A stretch of DNA of 64,000 nt from Eledone cirrhosa (lineage: Eukaryota), in the NCBI GenBank assembly GCA_964016885.1, contig OZ024747.1:87296001-87360000 (forward strand), given 5' to 3'. The position numbers and the translations under genes are program-made. How positions within the stretch are numbered: position 1 is the first letter of the stretch; each line of letters begins with the position of its first letter. Below are positions 25,881 through 40,141 of the stretch, piece by piece. The notes under the pieces were generated by a model. That model did no database searches and was not told the origin of the DNA. It worked only from the letters and a program-made list of their open reading frames with translations.

Positions 25881-26203
25881 TGCCTGTGAGTGTACGTGTA
25901 TGTATGAATATATTTTTATGACTCTCTATATGTATATCATCATCATCATCATCATCATCATCTTCGTTTAACATCCATCTTCCACGTTAGCATGGGTTAC
26001 GCATATATCGATTGCATGTATAATCGATGTAACTATCTCAACACACAACGTACATACTCACACATACACACAGACACAGACACACACACACACATACTCA
26101 CACATACACATACGAAGGTTTGTGCATCGAGTAAATATAATATAACAACTTGATACAGAGATAAAGATGTATATATATATATATATATGTATATATATGT
26201 ATA

Positions 26204-26235
<32 letters not shown>

Positions 26236-26255
26236 CATATATATATGTATATATA

Positions 26256-26297
<42 letters not shown>

Positions 26298-26301
26298 CAT
26301 A

Positions 26302-26461
<160 letters not shown>

Positions 26462-26560
26462 TAAAGAGCTTCTACAGTACCTTACTTACTGTGGTTACCT
26501 CCGATTCAACCCGGAATAACTTTTATATATATATATATATATATACAGTATATATATATG

Positions 26561-26592
<32 letters not shown>

Positions 26593-26722
26593 CGCATATG
26601 ATTTTATTTCGAATGAAACAGTTCTAGTCCTGTAGAAGTCATTTCTATATTAAATTTGATGTTTACACTCTACTAATGCACTGAGTACCTTTCTTACTGT
26701 GGTTACTCCCTATATATAAATA

Positions 26723-26753
<31 letters not shown>

Positions 26754-26904
26754 GTATACGCACACGCGCATACATTTATATATGTATACATACACGCACG
26801 CACACACAGAGACGGATTTATTTATGTGTAAATCATACATGGTTTTGTAATTATATATGAGATATGATGTCAGTCAGTAACCCAGTCATATATATATACA
26901 CACT

Positions 26905-26955
<51 letters not shown>

Positions 26956-26991
26956 ACACACACACAGACACACACACCGACACAGACACAG

Positions 26992-27025
<34 letters not shown>

Positions 27026-27077
27026 AGACACACACACACACACACACACGCACACACACGCACACACACACACACAG

Positions 27078-27140
<63 letters not shown>

Positions 27141-27175
27141 CACAGACACACACACACACACAGACACAGACACAG

Positions 27176-27209
<34 letters not shown>

Positions 27210-27234
27210 AGACACACACACACACACACACACA

Positions 27235-27273
<39 letters not shown>

Positions 27274-27334
27274 ACACACACATACACACACACACAGACA
27301 CACAGACACACACAGACACACACAGACACACACA

Positions 27335-27414
<80 letters not shown>

Positions 27415-28974
27415 GTTGTGCGGATCACATTATGGTCGGTCGGTTGTGAAGCAGAAAAAATGAGCGCTCACCGACCTGTATAAATGGTAAAGCCGGGTCA
27501 TTATATATTATTAAAAGATCGGAGGCCATAATCAGTTGATTCAGGTTTATTTAAAACTCCGTTATACATATTTGTTGTTCTTGTTGTTATCATTTGTTTT
27601 GTCGCTGTCGTTTGTATTAGTGTAATTTTTGTTTTTTGTTTCAATTATTGCATTGGTGGTGGTGGTGGTGTTGGTGGTGGTGTTGGTGGTGTTAGTGGTG
27701 TTTGTTTTGGCTCTGATTACTGTCGTTGCAGCGAGGCTGGCGGCGTTCACGGTGGTAGGCATTAGTTGTGGTGGAAAATCTAATTCATTGGCGGCTGTTG
27801 CATGAAATTTTAGGTTTTGGTTGATGCTGTTGTCGTTGTTACTGTAGCTACTAGGGCTGGTGTTGCTGCTGATGCTGTCATTGTTTTGTGAATTTTGGCT
27901 GTTCCATTTTATGGACAGTTGGCTATTCTGCGTAGCCGACAAAAATGTTTTGTACGCTATCCTAATTTTAACAAAACAATGAAGGGCGTGTTTACTAAAC
28001 AAACACAGGTTTAGCCCCTAAGAGCTGGAGATGGAGAAAAACTAACCAGCTCCCTAAGATCCTGGTTAGTTTATCTATGAAACGGTAACAAATGTTCAAT
28101 GCAAAATTTTGTGTAACAATGGAAATAACAACAAACTTACAAGAGCGATGTGTACCACGTCTTAAGAGACTCAACAACAAAGATAATAATAACAACAAAA
28201 ACAATTCCGATGACAACAAAAGCAAAGATGAAAATAGATATTGAGAAGTTAGCAAAACCACAGACATTGTAGATATTCAGAACTTAACAAATCCTATTTT
28301 GATAAAATAATAAAGTAAAAAAATAAAAAATGGATGCTGAGAACAGTAAAAAGATTTGTGGCGACATCGAAGATTACGTGTTACAAACCATTACTCTAAT
28401 ATAAAGACAGTATAGATTATGGAGGACAAGATGATTTTGTGATATGAAAAAGATAACAGGTAGGAGGAATGGTAAATTGAAAATGCAGCTGGTTTTGACA
28501 GTCTATTTTCGTGTTGACTAGATATGAGAATTAATAGCTGTACAATTAAAAGAAAAAGATTATTTTAAAGATTAACGAAGGAAGATAAACAAAATTCAAA
28601 CTTATAAACCAAATAGAAAGTTAGGAAATGCTTTCAATGCAAAGAGTAAAACGTAGCAGTCACCGAAGTAAAGAAATCTACCACCTATAAAACAGTATTT
28701 TAAATTAACCCTTCTGATACCAGCCCGCACAAATACAAATCACCTTTGATGCTATGAAGTACCCATGTTTATGATATATCAATTATATTAAAACCTTTTA
28801 ACGTAAACTATCTTGATAATGAAATAATTAACAAGTTTAGTTAATCACTCAAAACTAATATGTTGAAATCCAGTAGATTTTAATACAAATAATGTGACAA
28901 AAGACTTCTTTCTGAATATGTTGGACAAAATGTTCAAAATGGGGTTTCATGGTCATAGCTTCTGCCTATTCTGG

Positions 28975-29121
<147 letters not shown>

Positions 29122-31098
29122 TGTGTGTGTGTGTGTGTGTGTGTCCTCATATACAAACAGACATAAATAGCAAACTATACATGGAGAAAAACTATATTAT
29201 ACATCTAATGCCAAAAATGAGAGATACCAGGAAATGTTAATAATCAAAATAAGAAGATCCGTATTCGATACCTATTTACAATATCTTTGTTATTTGTTTG
29301 AACTCTCATTGCCTTATCAGATATTCTTTTAAATGAGATCAAAGAACTTGATAATGGAATCCGAAGGCCTTATGTGGCTAAACGCATAATATGACATTAT
29401 CCTTGTTGAAAGGGATATGCTGGAGGGAATTTCGACACTTACTCTGCTCTAAAAGGTTCTATTATATTGGACATAACGAGCTATTTATAAAGTTAAACAA
29501 GAAACAGTTGAACAGAGTGACTGATACTGAACTTGTGATAGCAAATACTATCTACAATTACTGTACATCTCATGTTATATGGATGACTCAACAGTTAATA
29601 TTTATTTCTAATATAAGCATAAGGCTTTTAAAAATTTGATTGGAGGTATAATCGAATGTGGATTTATTTCATTGACCCTGTAAAAATGTTGCCTGGCAGC
29701 AACTGAGCTAGGAACACGAGAAGATGTAACCAATTCAACGACCTACAAACAGATGGTGATTTCTAGGTTAAACACAGGGGCAAAAATATGGGGTGAGAGA
29801 AATGTCGATTATATTGATCTCAGTACTTTACTTTATCGTCTCTCAGAAGGATGAATGGCAAAACTGGCCTCGGTGGGATATGAACTGAGAATGTAGAGAG
29901 CTAGAACAAATATCATAAAGAACGTTGTCCGGCGATTTAATGACTCTACCAGCTCAATGACCTAGTGTTAGATAATATTAATTAATTAGTTTAACATAAA
30001 TTGACATTTTATAAGATGTGCAGTTGATGAAATAATTACCACTATCTTTTATGTATTTATCTTGTCAATCCAAACACCATGCTATTTTCTATCCTTTGTA
30101 AGGTCTTGCGACAACGCAAGAAATAAAAAAAATATGGTCTTTCAAAAAATGGGGCAATCTTTTCGATGCATATGGTGGTGGAATGACCGAGAAAACAGGA
30201 TACAAAAAACAATTCAAAAGAGCTGGCAGGTAGCTCACAAAATGCTTTACAATACGCCGAACTATACTGTATACTTATACAACTTTATGTAGATTACGTA
30301 TGAGGGTATGTGAAAAAATGAAGGTTAAGGATTATAAAATCTCGAAATAATTGTGGGACTACGGGAGACAAAGGTTACGTTTGTATCAACAGAAAAATAA
30401 ATATGAGCGTTAAAATAGGCGCTGATAAAAATATGATAAAAAAATAATGAACCTCCTGAAGTGAATGAAAAAGACATGAAAGAATCGAGCAAAACATGTT
30501 ATAAAAACAAATCATTGCAGACTAGTCCTCAAAAAAGAACCACATATAAAACAAGCCATCAAAAACATTAGAAGAAAAAGAAAAACATAGAAGAAATAGA
30601 AAAAATAGAGTAGAAAGGGGAACAAAAGGAAGAAAAGACTACTTAAGAAAGGTTATGTAAAGAAAGGAACAAATCTGTGGTATTGTTAGGCAGCACAAGA
30701 CCAGGCATCGAGAATAAAAACTGGGTAAGAAAAATAATAGATAAGAAAGATATATCACACCAAAGTGTCGAATGTTTGGTAGGGTATTTGAAACTGTGAA
30801 TCTTTTGGTGTTCATGTGTAAACACGAAATACAAAATGTCTCAACAAAAAATCAAGATGGTCACGGCTGGAATAGAACACCTTTGATCGTGTATCTAATA
30901 AATCAGGTACCAACTAGTGTTAAATAACAATAATAACAACAAATACAAAATGAATGCAGTCGTGATAAAATGGCGGCATTCGAGTAGCTCGTTGAAGTTT
31001 ATTAAACAGATAAATGTTTCTTCTTCTTCTTCTTCTTCTTCTTCTTCTTCTTCTTCTTCTTCTTCTTCTTCTTCTTCTTCTTCTTCTTCTTCTTCTTC

Positions 31099-31281
31099 GC
31101 CCACCACTTATTCCTGAGAGGGTCGGCGGTGCAGAGCCCTTAAACACTCCTTCCAGTGGGTCCTGTCAGAAGCAACCGTCTCCAACTGATCCGGCTGACT
31201 CCCCAAGCGAGACCAGCCAAGCCCATGGATGTTATCCAACGACCTTGCGCGGGGTCTACCCTTGGGTCTCCTGCCGGTTCG
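31099..31281 (-). mobile_element. Rex3/Expander-like RTE 3' end with (GAA)n tail
   Basis: [56 protein letters not shown]. Confidence 0.8.
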
Positions 31282-31388
<107 letters not shown>

Positions 31389-31597
31389 CTATTCTTTATC
31401 ATGCTTCAGTGGTGTTTTAAGGAATATTTTCGTTTTAGTTATTTGTTGTATTACTTTCACCGGTGGAGAATTGACAGAGTCGGATAGAATGTTTTGTTGT
31501 TTTCGTTCCGGCTCTCTGAAATCAAACTCGAACTCAACGTTGCTTTTCATCCTTTCGAAGTAGCAGGGTCGATTCTTCCTTTATATCTCTCTCATTG

Positions 31598-31683
<86 letters not shown>

Positions 31684-32454
31684 TCTCTAGAAGAAACCCG
31701 AAGAGGAGATGTGTCCCACCATTTTTTAAATGCCCATGACATAATGTCACTACGTGTGTCACTACGTAATATCACTATGTATATCACTATGTATATCACT
31801 ATGGCGTCTGCCAAACATATATCACTACGGTGCTCCTACGACTCCACCAAAATTTACGGGTCCAGACACACATATGTAGCAGTAATTTGATACTCTCTGC
31901 AATAGGTCTATTAAGTGGCCACCAAAAACTTGACCTGCAAACGACAGGGCAGAGTTATTTCTCTTTATCTCGGGTTGGCGCCAGTGATGTGGAGAGGCTG
32001 GCAGACCTGTGGTTAAATGAGATAAGTTTTTCTTTAAGTCATTCGACTCTGGTTTCTCGGAAGAGAAGGATATACTTTGAGTTGCTCAAGCAGTAGAGAG
32101 ATGTAGCGTTTAACCAAACACTCCAACCCAGTCGACAAGGCTGGACTACTTCGATGCTTATATATGAATTACCTGGTGCATAACCACCCAGCAAGCCAAC
32201 AGCAATCACTACGCTCAAATGAACAACAAACATAAACCAAATCCTTCCATCGCTACATACTACTCAACAACATTTAACTCTCATCACATTCAGCTTCTAC
32301 AACATCTATTTCGCTATATTTATTTTCACTACTCACATATTAAAGGAAAGAGGATAAATATCCCATAACCCCTTGTGGAGTCGTAGAGACGCCGTCATTC
32401 GGCATGTCTAGGGCACTTTTAAACCTGGTGGAGCCCAACCCTCTTTTTTTTTCT

Positions 32455-32625
32455 ATAGGGGAAGAATCGATCCCACTACTGCACTGGTACTTTTTTTTAT
32501 CGACCTCGAAAGGATGAAAGACAAAGTTGACAGCGGCGGGATTTGAACTCAGAGCACACAATGAGGTGGGACGAATACCGTAAAGCATTCTACCCGACAT
32601 CTTAACGACTCTGCCATTTCGCCGT
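32455..32625 (-). mobile_element. SINE family A-related copy
   Basis: ggcgggatttgaactcag B box (reverse complement) and body homology. Confidence 0.7.
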
Positions 32626-33697
32626 ACAATCTATCATTTTCCCGCTTCCTTCTCTTTTATCTTTCTATCATTGATGGTATGTTAGAGCAAGCCATGACGA
32701 CCCTTTCATCTTTCTTTTCTTCCTTTCTTTCTTCTTTCCTTCCTTTAGCCTCTTCCTTCTTTTATTTCCTTCATTTCGTCTTCCTCTCTGTCTTTCCTGC
32801 TTTTCTTCCTACTTTCTTTCTTCATCCATCTCTCTTCTTTTACTTCTCCCTTCCTTCCTTCTTTTCTCCTTTACCTTCTTTATTCCATCTTCCTTTCTTT
32901 GCTTCTATTTTCTTCTTGCCGCCCTCCCTTTTGTTTACATCCACTTGCAATCTTCACTACAATCTCAAAGAAACAAGACAGACATGGTAGAGAACCTGTG
33001 AGTCTATATTGCTCCGGCCGCCGCTCTTTCTTCTACAAACTTTTCAAACTTTTCTTTTTTATCATTGCAAAAAATCTGTCAATCTTAGCTTTCATAGCAA
33101 ACGAGACGAAAGAAATATAAGAGGAAGAGGCGAGACGTATGTCTTTCTTGGACGGATGATAGGCGGGAATAGGTGACGGCTGGTTGGGTAGGTGGAGAAG
33201 AAGAAGAAGAAGAAGAAGAAGAAGAAGAAGAAGAAGAAGAAGAAGAAGAAGAAGAAGAAGAAGAAGAAGAAGAAGAAGAAGAAAGTCTGCTTATCTCCCG
33301 CCGCCCCTTGCACTACACCCACAACCACCAGAAGAAAATTTAATCAGTCGTCGCCGTGGAGATAAAATGTGATAATTTTGTAATAGGGTGGGCAGGGAAA
33401 GGAGGTCGCTCGAGGACGGAGTTTGCAGTTAATTCTTTTCTAATGTTTTTCTTTTTCCCTTTGCTGTGTGCTTAGGCGCGCGTATGCACGCGTATGGGGT
33501 GATGCTTCATACACAGTCACATACACAGAGACACACACATAATATATATATATATATTTATATAAACATATATAAACATATATATATATATATATATATA
33601 AACATACACACACTCACGTATATATATATATTAGTCTCAGAGAGGGGCTATGCCGAAGGCCTTCGCTGACACTCCCGGGACCTGTACATGTGTGTAA

Positions 33698-33746
<49 letters not shown>

Positions 33747-33980
33747 TATATAGATAGATAGATAGATAGATATAGATATACAGAGAGAGAGAGAGAGAGA
33801 GAGAGAAATAGATTGATAGATAGATAGATATGTAGAGATATATTTGGAATGTAAGTCTAATTGCGTTTGTGTGTGTGTGTGTGTGTGTATTGATATATAT
33901 ATATATATAAATATATAAATATATAAATATACGGTTGATGAGCGTAGAAAACTGTGACACAAAATGGAGGAAAAGATAAC

Positions 33981-34015
<35 letters not shown>

Positions 34016-34387
34016 AAAACAAGAACGATAATAGAGATTAGAATGGTGGACAAAAGTTAAACAGAAAAATGAATTAGAACGAAAAGACCAAGAAATTAAG
34101 GAAATTTGAAACAAGAAGACGTATAAAGACAGGGTTGGTGTGAGTGAAAGAAAACAAGAAATATCGAAGGAAAGAAGGTATACAAGAGGGAAATCTAATA
34201 GAAAACCATGTTTGTAATGCAGTAATTGAAGGAAAGATATATATATATGAAGGATAAATAGTGGAGGTAGAGAGACAAGGGATCAAAGAAGGAAGAAAGA
34301 GAAAATATGAGAAAAATACAGGGAAAAAATAAATAAAACAAAATATAAAAAGAGAAGATAAAGAAAGAAAACAAGAAGAAAGAGACG

Positions 34388-34790
34388 ATAATGGTTTCTG
34401 ATTCAGACACAAGGGCAACAATTTTGGGAGAAAGAGAAAGTCGATTAAATCGACCCCAATGAATTACTGGTACCTTATTTTATCGACCCTGTATGGATGA
34501 AAGGCAAAACTAACAAAGAGACAAGATAATATAGAAAAGATAATTGTCTCTATTTTTAATATAACTTGGTTCTAGATTTGGCACAAGGCCAGCAATTTGA
34601 AAGGAAGCGAGGAAAAGTCGATTAAATCGACCCCAGTGCATTACTGGTACTTTATTTTATTGAACTCGTAAGGATGAAAAGCAAAGCTAACCGCGGCGGG
34701 ATCCGAACTCAGAAAGTAGGAAGTCGTAACTAAATACCGCAAAGCATGTTTTGTGCGACGCTCTACCGATATTGCCAATCCACCACCCTT
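34388..34790 (-). mobile_element. Two adjacent SINE family A copies (34388-34515 partial, 34570-34790)
   Basis: Repeated aaagtcgattaaatcgacccca..ttactggtac. Confidence 0.75.
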
Positions 34791-35316
34791 GATATAGAAA
34801 AGCTAATAATAGCGGGATCTTGAAATATATTGAAAGAAGACCTTCATTGACTAACAATTTATGGATGGAGCTTCCGTCGCTTTCGATGCTGCGCATACAG
34901 TTGTTTCACCAACGCCTTTCATTACAAAGGCTGAGTTAAGATTAAATTGCAAAAGCTATCTCGCACATAAACAAGTATGTGTGTATGTATGTATGTATGT
35001 ATGTATGTATGTATGTATGTATGTATGTATGTATGCATGTGTGTATGTATGTATGTGTGTATGTGTGTATGTGTGTATGTATGCATGTGTGTATGTGTAT
35101 ATGAATGTATTATGTATTATGTATGCGTATATGTATGAATCAAAACATGCGTTATACGAAAGTTTATTTTTGTTTGAAATGTATGCATGTATGTATATAC
35201 ATGTGTGAATATACATCGTATATGTGTGCCTGCTTGTATGTATATACAAGTTATATGTGTATACATTGTGCATGTATATATATATATGTATGTATATATG
35301 TATGTATATATGTATG

Positions 35317-35350
<34 letters not shown>

Positions 35351-35492
35351 TGTATGTATGTATATATGTATGTATGTATGCATATGTGTATGTATGTATG
35401 TATATATGTATGTATATATGTATGTATGTATGTATATATATATGTATGTATATATGTATGTATATATGTATGTATGTATGTATATATGTATG

Positions 35493-35526
<34 letters not shown>

Positions 35527-35740
35527 TGTATGTATGTATGTATGTATGTATATATGTATGTATGTATGCATATGTGTATGTATGTATGTATATATGTATG
35601 TATATATGTATGTATGTATGTATATATATATGTATGTATATATGTATGTATATATGTATGTATGTATGTATATATATATGTATGTATATATGTATGTATA
35701 TATGTATGTATGTATGTATATATGTATGTATATATGTATG

Positions 35741-35774
<34 letters not shown>

Positions 35775-36156
35775 TGTATGTATGTATGTATATATGTATG
35801 TATGTATGCATATGTGTATGTATGTATATATAAACCCGGTTTATGTATATATTAAAACACGTGTAATACGGAAGTATATTTATTTTTAAAACATACATAG
35901 TCATGCCGTGAAAGGGATTATTCTCATCATGCTGTGTTGATGTATATGTAATTGCCTAACAGTTCTCAAGCCATCACTTATATGCAAATTACTCCACCCG
36001 GTGCGAACTAGACCCCATTTTCTATACTGCAATGAGCCGTCTCTTCTCGGTATCACGGCAGCGGGTTAAAACAAACAGAGGCTAAAAGTGGGTCAGTGGT
36101 TTGGTTGCCCTTACACAACAGCGCTGGTAGTGGTATCATCATCATAGCAGTAATAG

Positions 36157-36188
<32 letters not shown>

Positions 36189-36398
36189 ACTTAACAACAA
36201 TAGCGGGAATAAGAACAACAAAATAACATCAATGTATAGACAGATACATATGTATACATACATATCCATAGAGAGAGAGAGAGACACATACTCACATATA
36301 CATACACAGACATGTGTCCGTAACCCGTTCAAACACACGGATATATACATACATAGATACACACACTCACACACACACACACACGCACACAAGCACAG

Positions 36399-36467
<69 letters not shown>

Positions 36468-36560
36468 AATGAATTCCGTCGGAAAGGTCCAGGAAAAAAG
36501 TGTGCTCTATGTAGGTTACAGAGCTTATTAGTTATGTAATAAATAACACAAGATAATTAT

Positions 36561-36619
36561 TTCATTTACCAGTGGTTTCTTGAAAGCAAACAACATTTGC
36601 TTTCAGTCATCAGAATGAA
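36561..36619 (-). ncRNA. Near-intact type-I hammerhead ribozyme
   Basis: ttcatt-CTGATGA-c tgaaagcaaa tgttg tttgctttca a-GAAACC act GGTA-aatgaa: 6-bp stem I, 10-bp stem II, GUA site. Confidence 0.8.
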
Positions 36620-36720
36620 AAAATGCTGGTGTATTTATTGATAATATGAAACTATCATATAATAGACATCACACCGCCTGTAAAGTCGAGTATAGTGAGG
36701 GATCCTGTGGTGTTTGGGTG

Positions 36721-36775
<55 letters not shown>

Positions 36776-37211
36776 ACACACACACACGTTATATTTTTTT
36801 AATACAAATGAGATTCTGCTCTAATTGGCGCGTCACGCCATCTAGCACTGGTGGCCCATCACCCTTATCTGAGCCCCAAAGGACCTTTTTCTCACCACGA
36901 GGACGTTGATGATAGAAAAAGGAATATGAATTCAAAGAACAAAGAATCAGTACTGATAGCGCAAGGCATTTGTACGTATACCGCTTTGAACTGGTATTTT
37001 ATGTATCCGAAAGGAGGAAAGGATTCCAACTGAGAGTGCAGAAAGCCGGAACAGATTCTGCCAATCCTCCATTCTAATTCTTTCTTACCCAAGACCAAAT
37101 TTTCGGTGGAAAAGATACTACCAACACATTTGGTAACTAGGATCGCAACAAACCCACACCTGAAGTTTCAAGCAGTCACTTTTTTTTATAATAACAATAA
37201 GCATTATATAT

Positions 37212-37392
37212 GTGGATTGGCAGTATCGGTAGAGGGTCGGACGCCATGCTTTGACGCATAGAGTTACGGCCCTTTTCATTCTGAGTTCAAATCCCGCCGA
37301 GGTTAACTTTGCCCCTTACGAGGTCGATAAAATAAAGTACCAGTAATGCACTGGGTATTGCTGGCGTTGTGCCAAAAGTAGAAACAATATTT
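37212..37392 (+). mobile_element. SINE family A
   Basis: ggattggcagtatcggtagagggtcggacgcc..gagttcaaatcccgccgagg. Confidence 0.85.
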
Positions 37393-37829
37393 GATTATAT
37401 CGATACCATGAAAATGACGCTGACCTCCGAGGGATTTCTTCTTCTTCTAGAAGGATTTAAACTCAATGCGTTTAAGGTGCTCGTTCAAATTTAAACTCAA
37501 TGGTATATTTGGGGTCAGTGCCCCGAATATGACGAAGAATTTGTCTAAATATATTTATTACAAACTGACTGCCCAAGAGTTAACACAACCGTGTGAGGTA
37601 AAAAACTACCCTAGCCTACCTATACGGGTTACCAAACACTCGAGAGTGTGTATGTATATGAGTATGGTGTATAGTTAGGTATTTGGAATTGTGTATCTAC
37701 GTGTGCATTAGTGTGTGGAGTTGTGTATGCAAAATTCCTTGTGGAAGTGGTGGGTCTTATAGATTTCTTTATTAAATCCAGTGTATATAGTTAAGTGCAG
37801 CTGTGTGTATGTGAACATGTGAGCGTGTG

Positions 37830-40070
37830 TGTATATATGCAGGCGTGTGGATGTTCGTTATATGTGAATGTATGTGTAGTTGCATGTGTGTATATATGCA
37901 TGCGTGTGGATGTTCGTTATATGTGAATGTATGTGTAGTTGCATGTGTGTATATATGCATGTGTGTGGATGTTCGTTATATGTGAATGTATGTATGTGTA
38001 GTTGCATGTGTGTGTATATGCATGCGTGTGGATGTTCGTTATATGTGAATGTATGTGTAGTTGCATGTGTGTGTATATGCACGCGTGTGGATGTTCGTTA
38101 TATGTGAATGTATGTGTAGTTGCATGTGTGTGTATATGCATGCGTGTGGATGTTCGTTATATGTGTATGTATGTATGTGTAGTTGCATGTGTGTGTATAT
38201 GCATGAGTGTGGATGTTCGCTATATGTGAATGTATGTATGTGTAGTTGCATGTGTGTGTATATATATATATAGTTGCATGTGTGTGTATATATGTGTAGT
38301 TGCATGTGTGTGTATATATGTGTAGTTGCATGTGTGTGTATATATGTGTAGTTGCATGTGTGTGTATATATGTATATGTAGTTGCATGTGTGTGTATATA
38401 TGTATGTGTAATTGCATGTGTATATATGTATATGTAGTTGCATCTGTGTGTATGTATATGTAGTTGCATGTGTGTGTATATATGTATATGTAGTTGCATG
38501 TGTGTGTATATATGTATGTGTAGTTGCATGTATATATATGTATATGTAGTTGCATGTGTGTGTATATATGTGTAGTTGCATGTGTGTGTATATATGTATA
38601 TGTAGTTGCATGTGTATATATGTATATGTAGTTGCATGTGTGTGTATATATGTATATGTAGTTGTATGTGTGTGTATATATGTATATGTAGTTGCATGTG
38701 TGTGTATATATGTATGTGTAGTTGCATGTGTGTGTATATATGTATATAGTTGCATGTGTGTGTATATATATGTAGTTGCATGTGTGTGTATATATGTATG
38801 TGTAGTTGCATGTGTGTGTATATATGTGTAGTTGCATGTGTGTGTATATATGTATGTGTAGTTGCATGTGTGTGTATATATGTATATAGTTGCATGTGTG
38901 TGTATATATGTATATAGTTGCATGTGTGTGTATATATGTATATAGTTGCATGTGTGTGTATATATGTATATAGTTGCATGTGTGTGTATATATGTATATA
39001 GTTGCATGTGTGTGTATATATGTATGTGTAGTTGCATGTGTGTGTATATATGTATATAGTTGCATGTGTGTGTATATATGTATATAGTTGCATGTGTGTG
39101 TATATATGTATATAGTTGCATGTGTGTGTATATATGTATATAGTTGCATGTGTGTGTATATATGTATATAGTTGCATGTGTGTGTATATATGTATATAGT
39201 TGCATGTGTGTGTATATATGTATATAGTTGCATGTGTGTGTATATATGTATATAGTTGCATGTGTGTGTATATATGTATATAGTTGCATGTGTGTGTATA
39301 TATGTATATAGTTGCATGTGTGTGTATATATGTATATAGTTGCATGTGTGTGTATATATATGTAGTTGCATGTGTGTGTATATATGTATGTGTAGTTGCA
39401 TGTGTGTGTATATATGTGTAGTTGCATGTGTGTGTATATATGTATATAGTTGCATGTGTGTGTATATATGTGTATAGTTGCATGTGTGTGTATATATGTA
39501 TATAGTTGCATGTGTGTGTATATATGTATATAGTTGCATGTGTGTGTATATATGTATATAGTTGCATGTGTGTGTATATATGTATATAGTTGCATGTGTG
39601 TGTATATATGTGTATAGTTGCATGTGTGTGTATATATGTATATAGTTGCATGTGTGTGTATATATGTGTATAGTTGCATGTGTGTGTATATATGTATATA
39701 GTTGCATGTGTGTGTATATATGTATATAGTTGCATGTGTGTGTATATATGTGTATAGTTGCATGTGTGTGTATATATGTATATAGTTGCATGTGTGTGTA
39801 TATATGTATATAGCTGCATGTGTGTGTATATATGTGTATAGTTGCATGTGTGTGTATATATGTATATAGTTGCATGTGTGTGTATATATGTATATAGTTG
39901 CATGTGTGTGTATATATGTGTATAGTTGCATGTGTGTGTATATATGTATATAGTTGCATGTGTGTGTATATATGTATGTGTAGTTGCATGTGTGTGTATA
40001 TATGTATATAGTTGCATGTGTGTGTATATATGTATGTGTAGTTGCATGTGTGTGTATATATGTGTATAGT
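37830..40070. repeat. Minisatellite: about 7 units of 59/63 bp grading into a unit of about 28 bp (TAGTTGCATGTGTGTGTATATATGTATA)
   Basis: ggatgttcg recurs every 59-63 bp to about 38220; then tagttgcatg every 24-30 bp. Confidence 0.95.
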
Positions 40071-40141
40071 TGTGTCTGCTGACAGCAGTAAAGTGAACTG
40101 TAAAAAATAATTAAAGAAAAGGTAAAGTAAAAAAAATAGTT

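Noticed and set aside
31880-32200. Possible decayed RTE 3' region on the minus strand; similar weak signal at 23185-23380
   Set aside because: Only vague peptide similarity across frameshifts.
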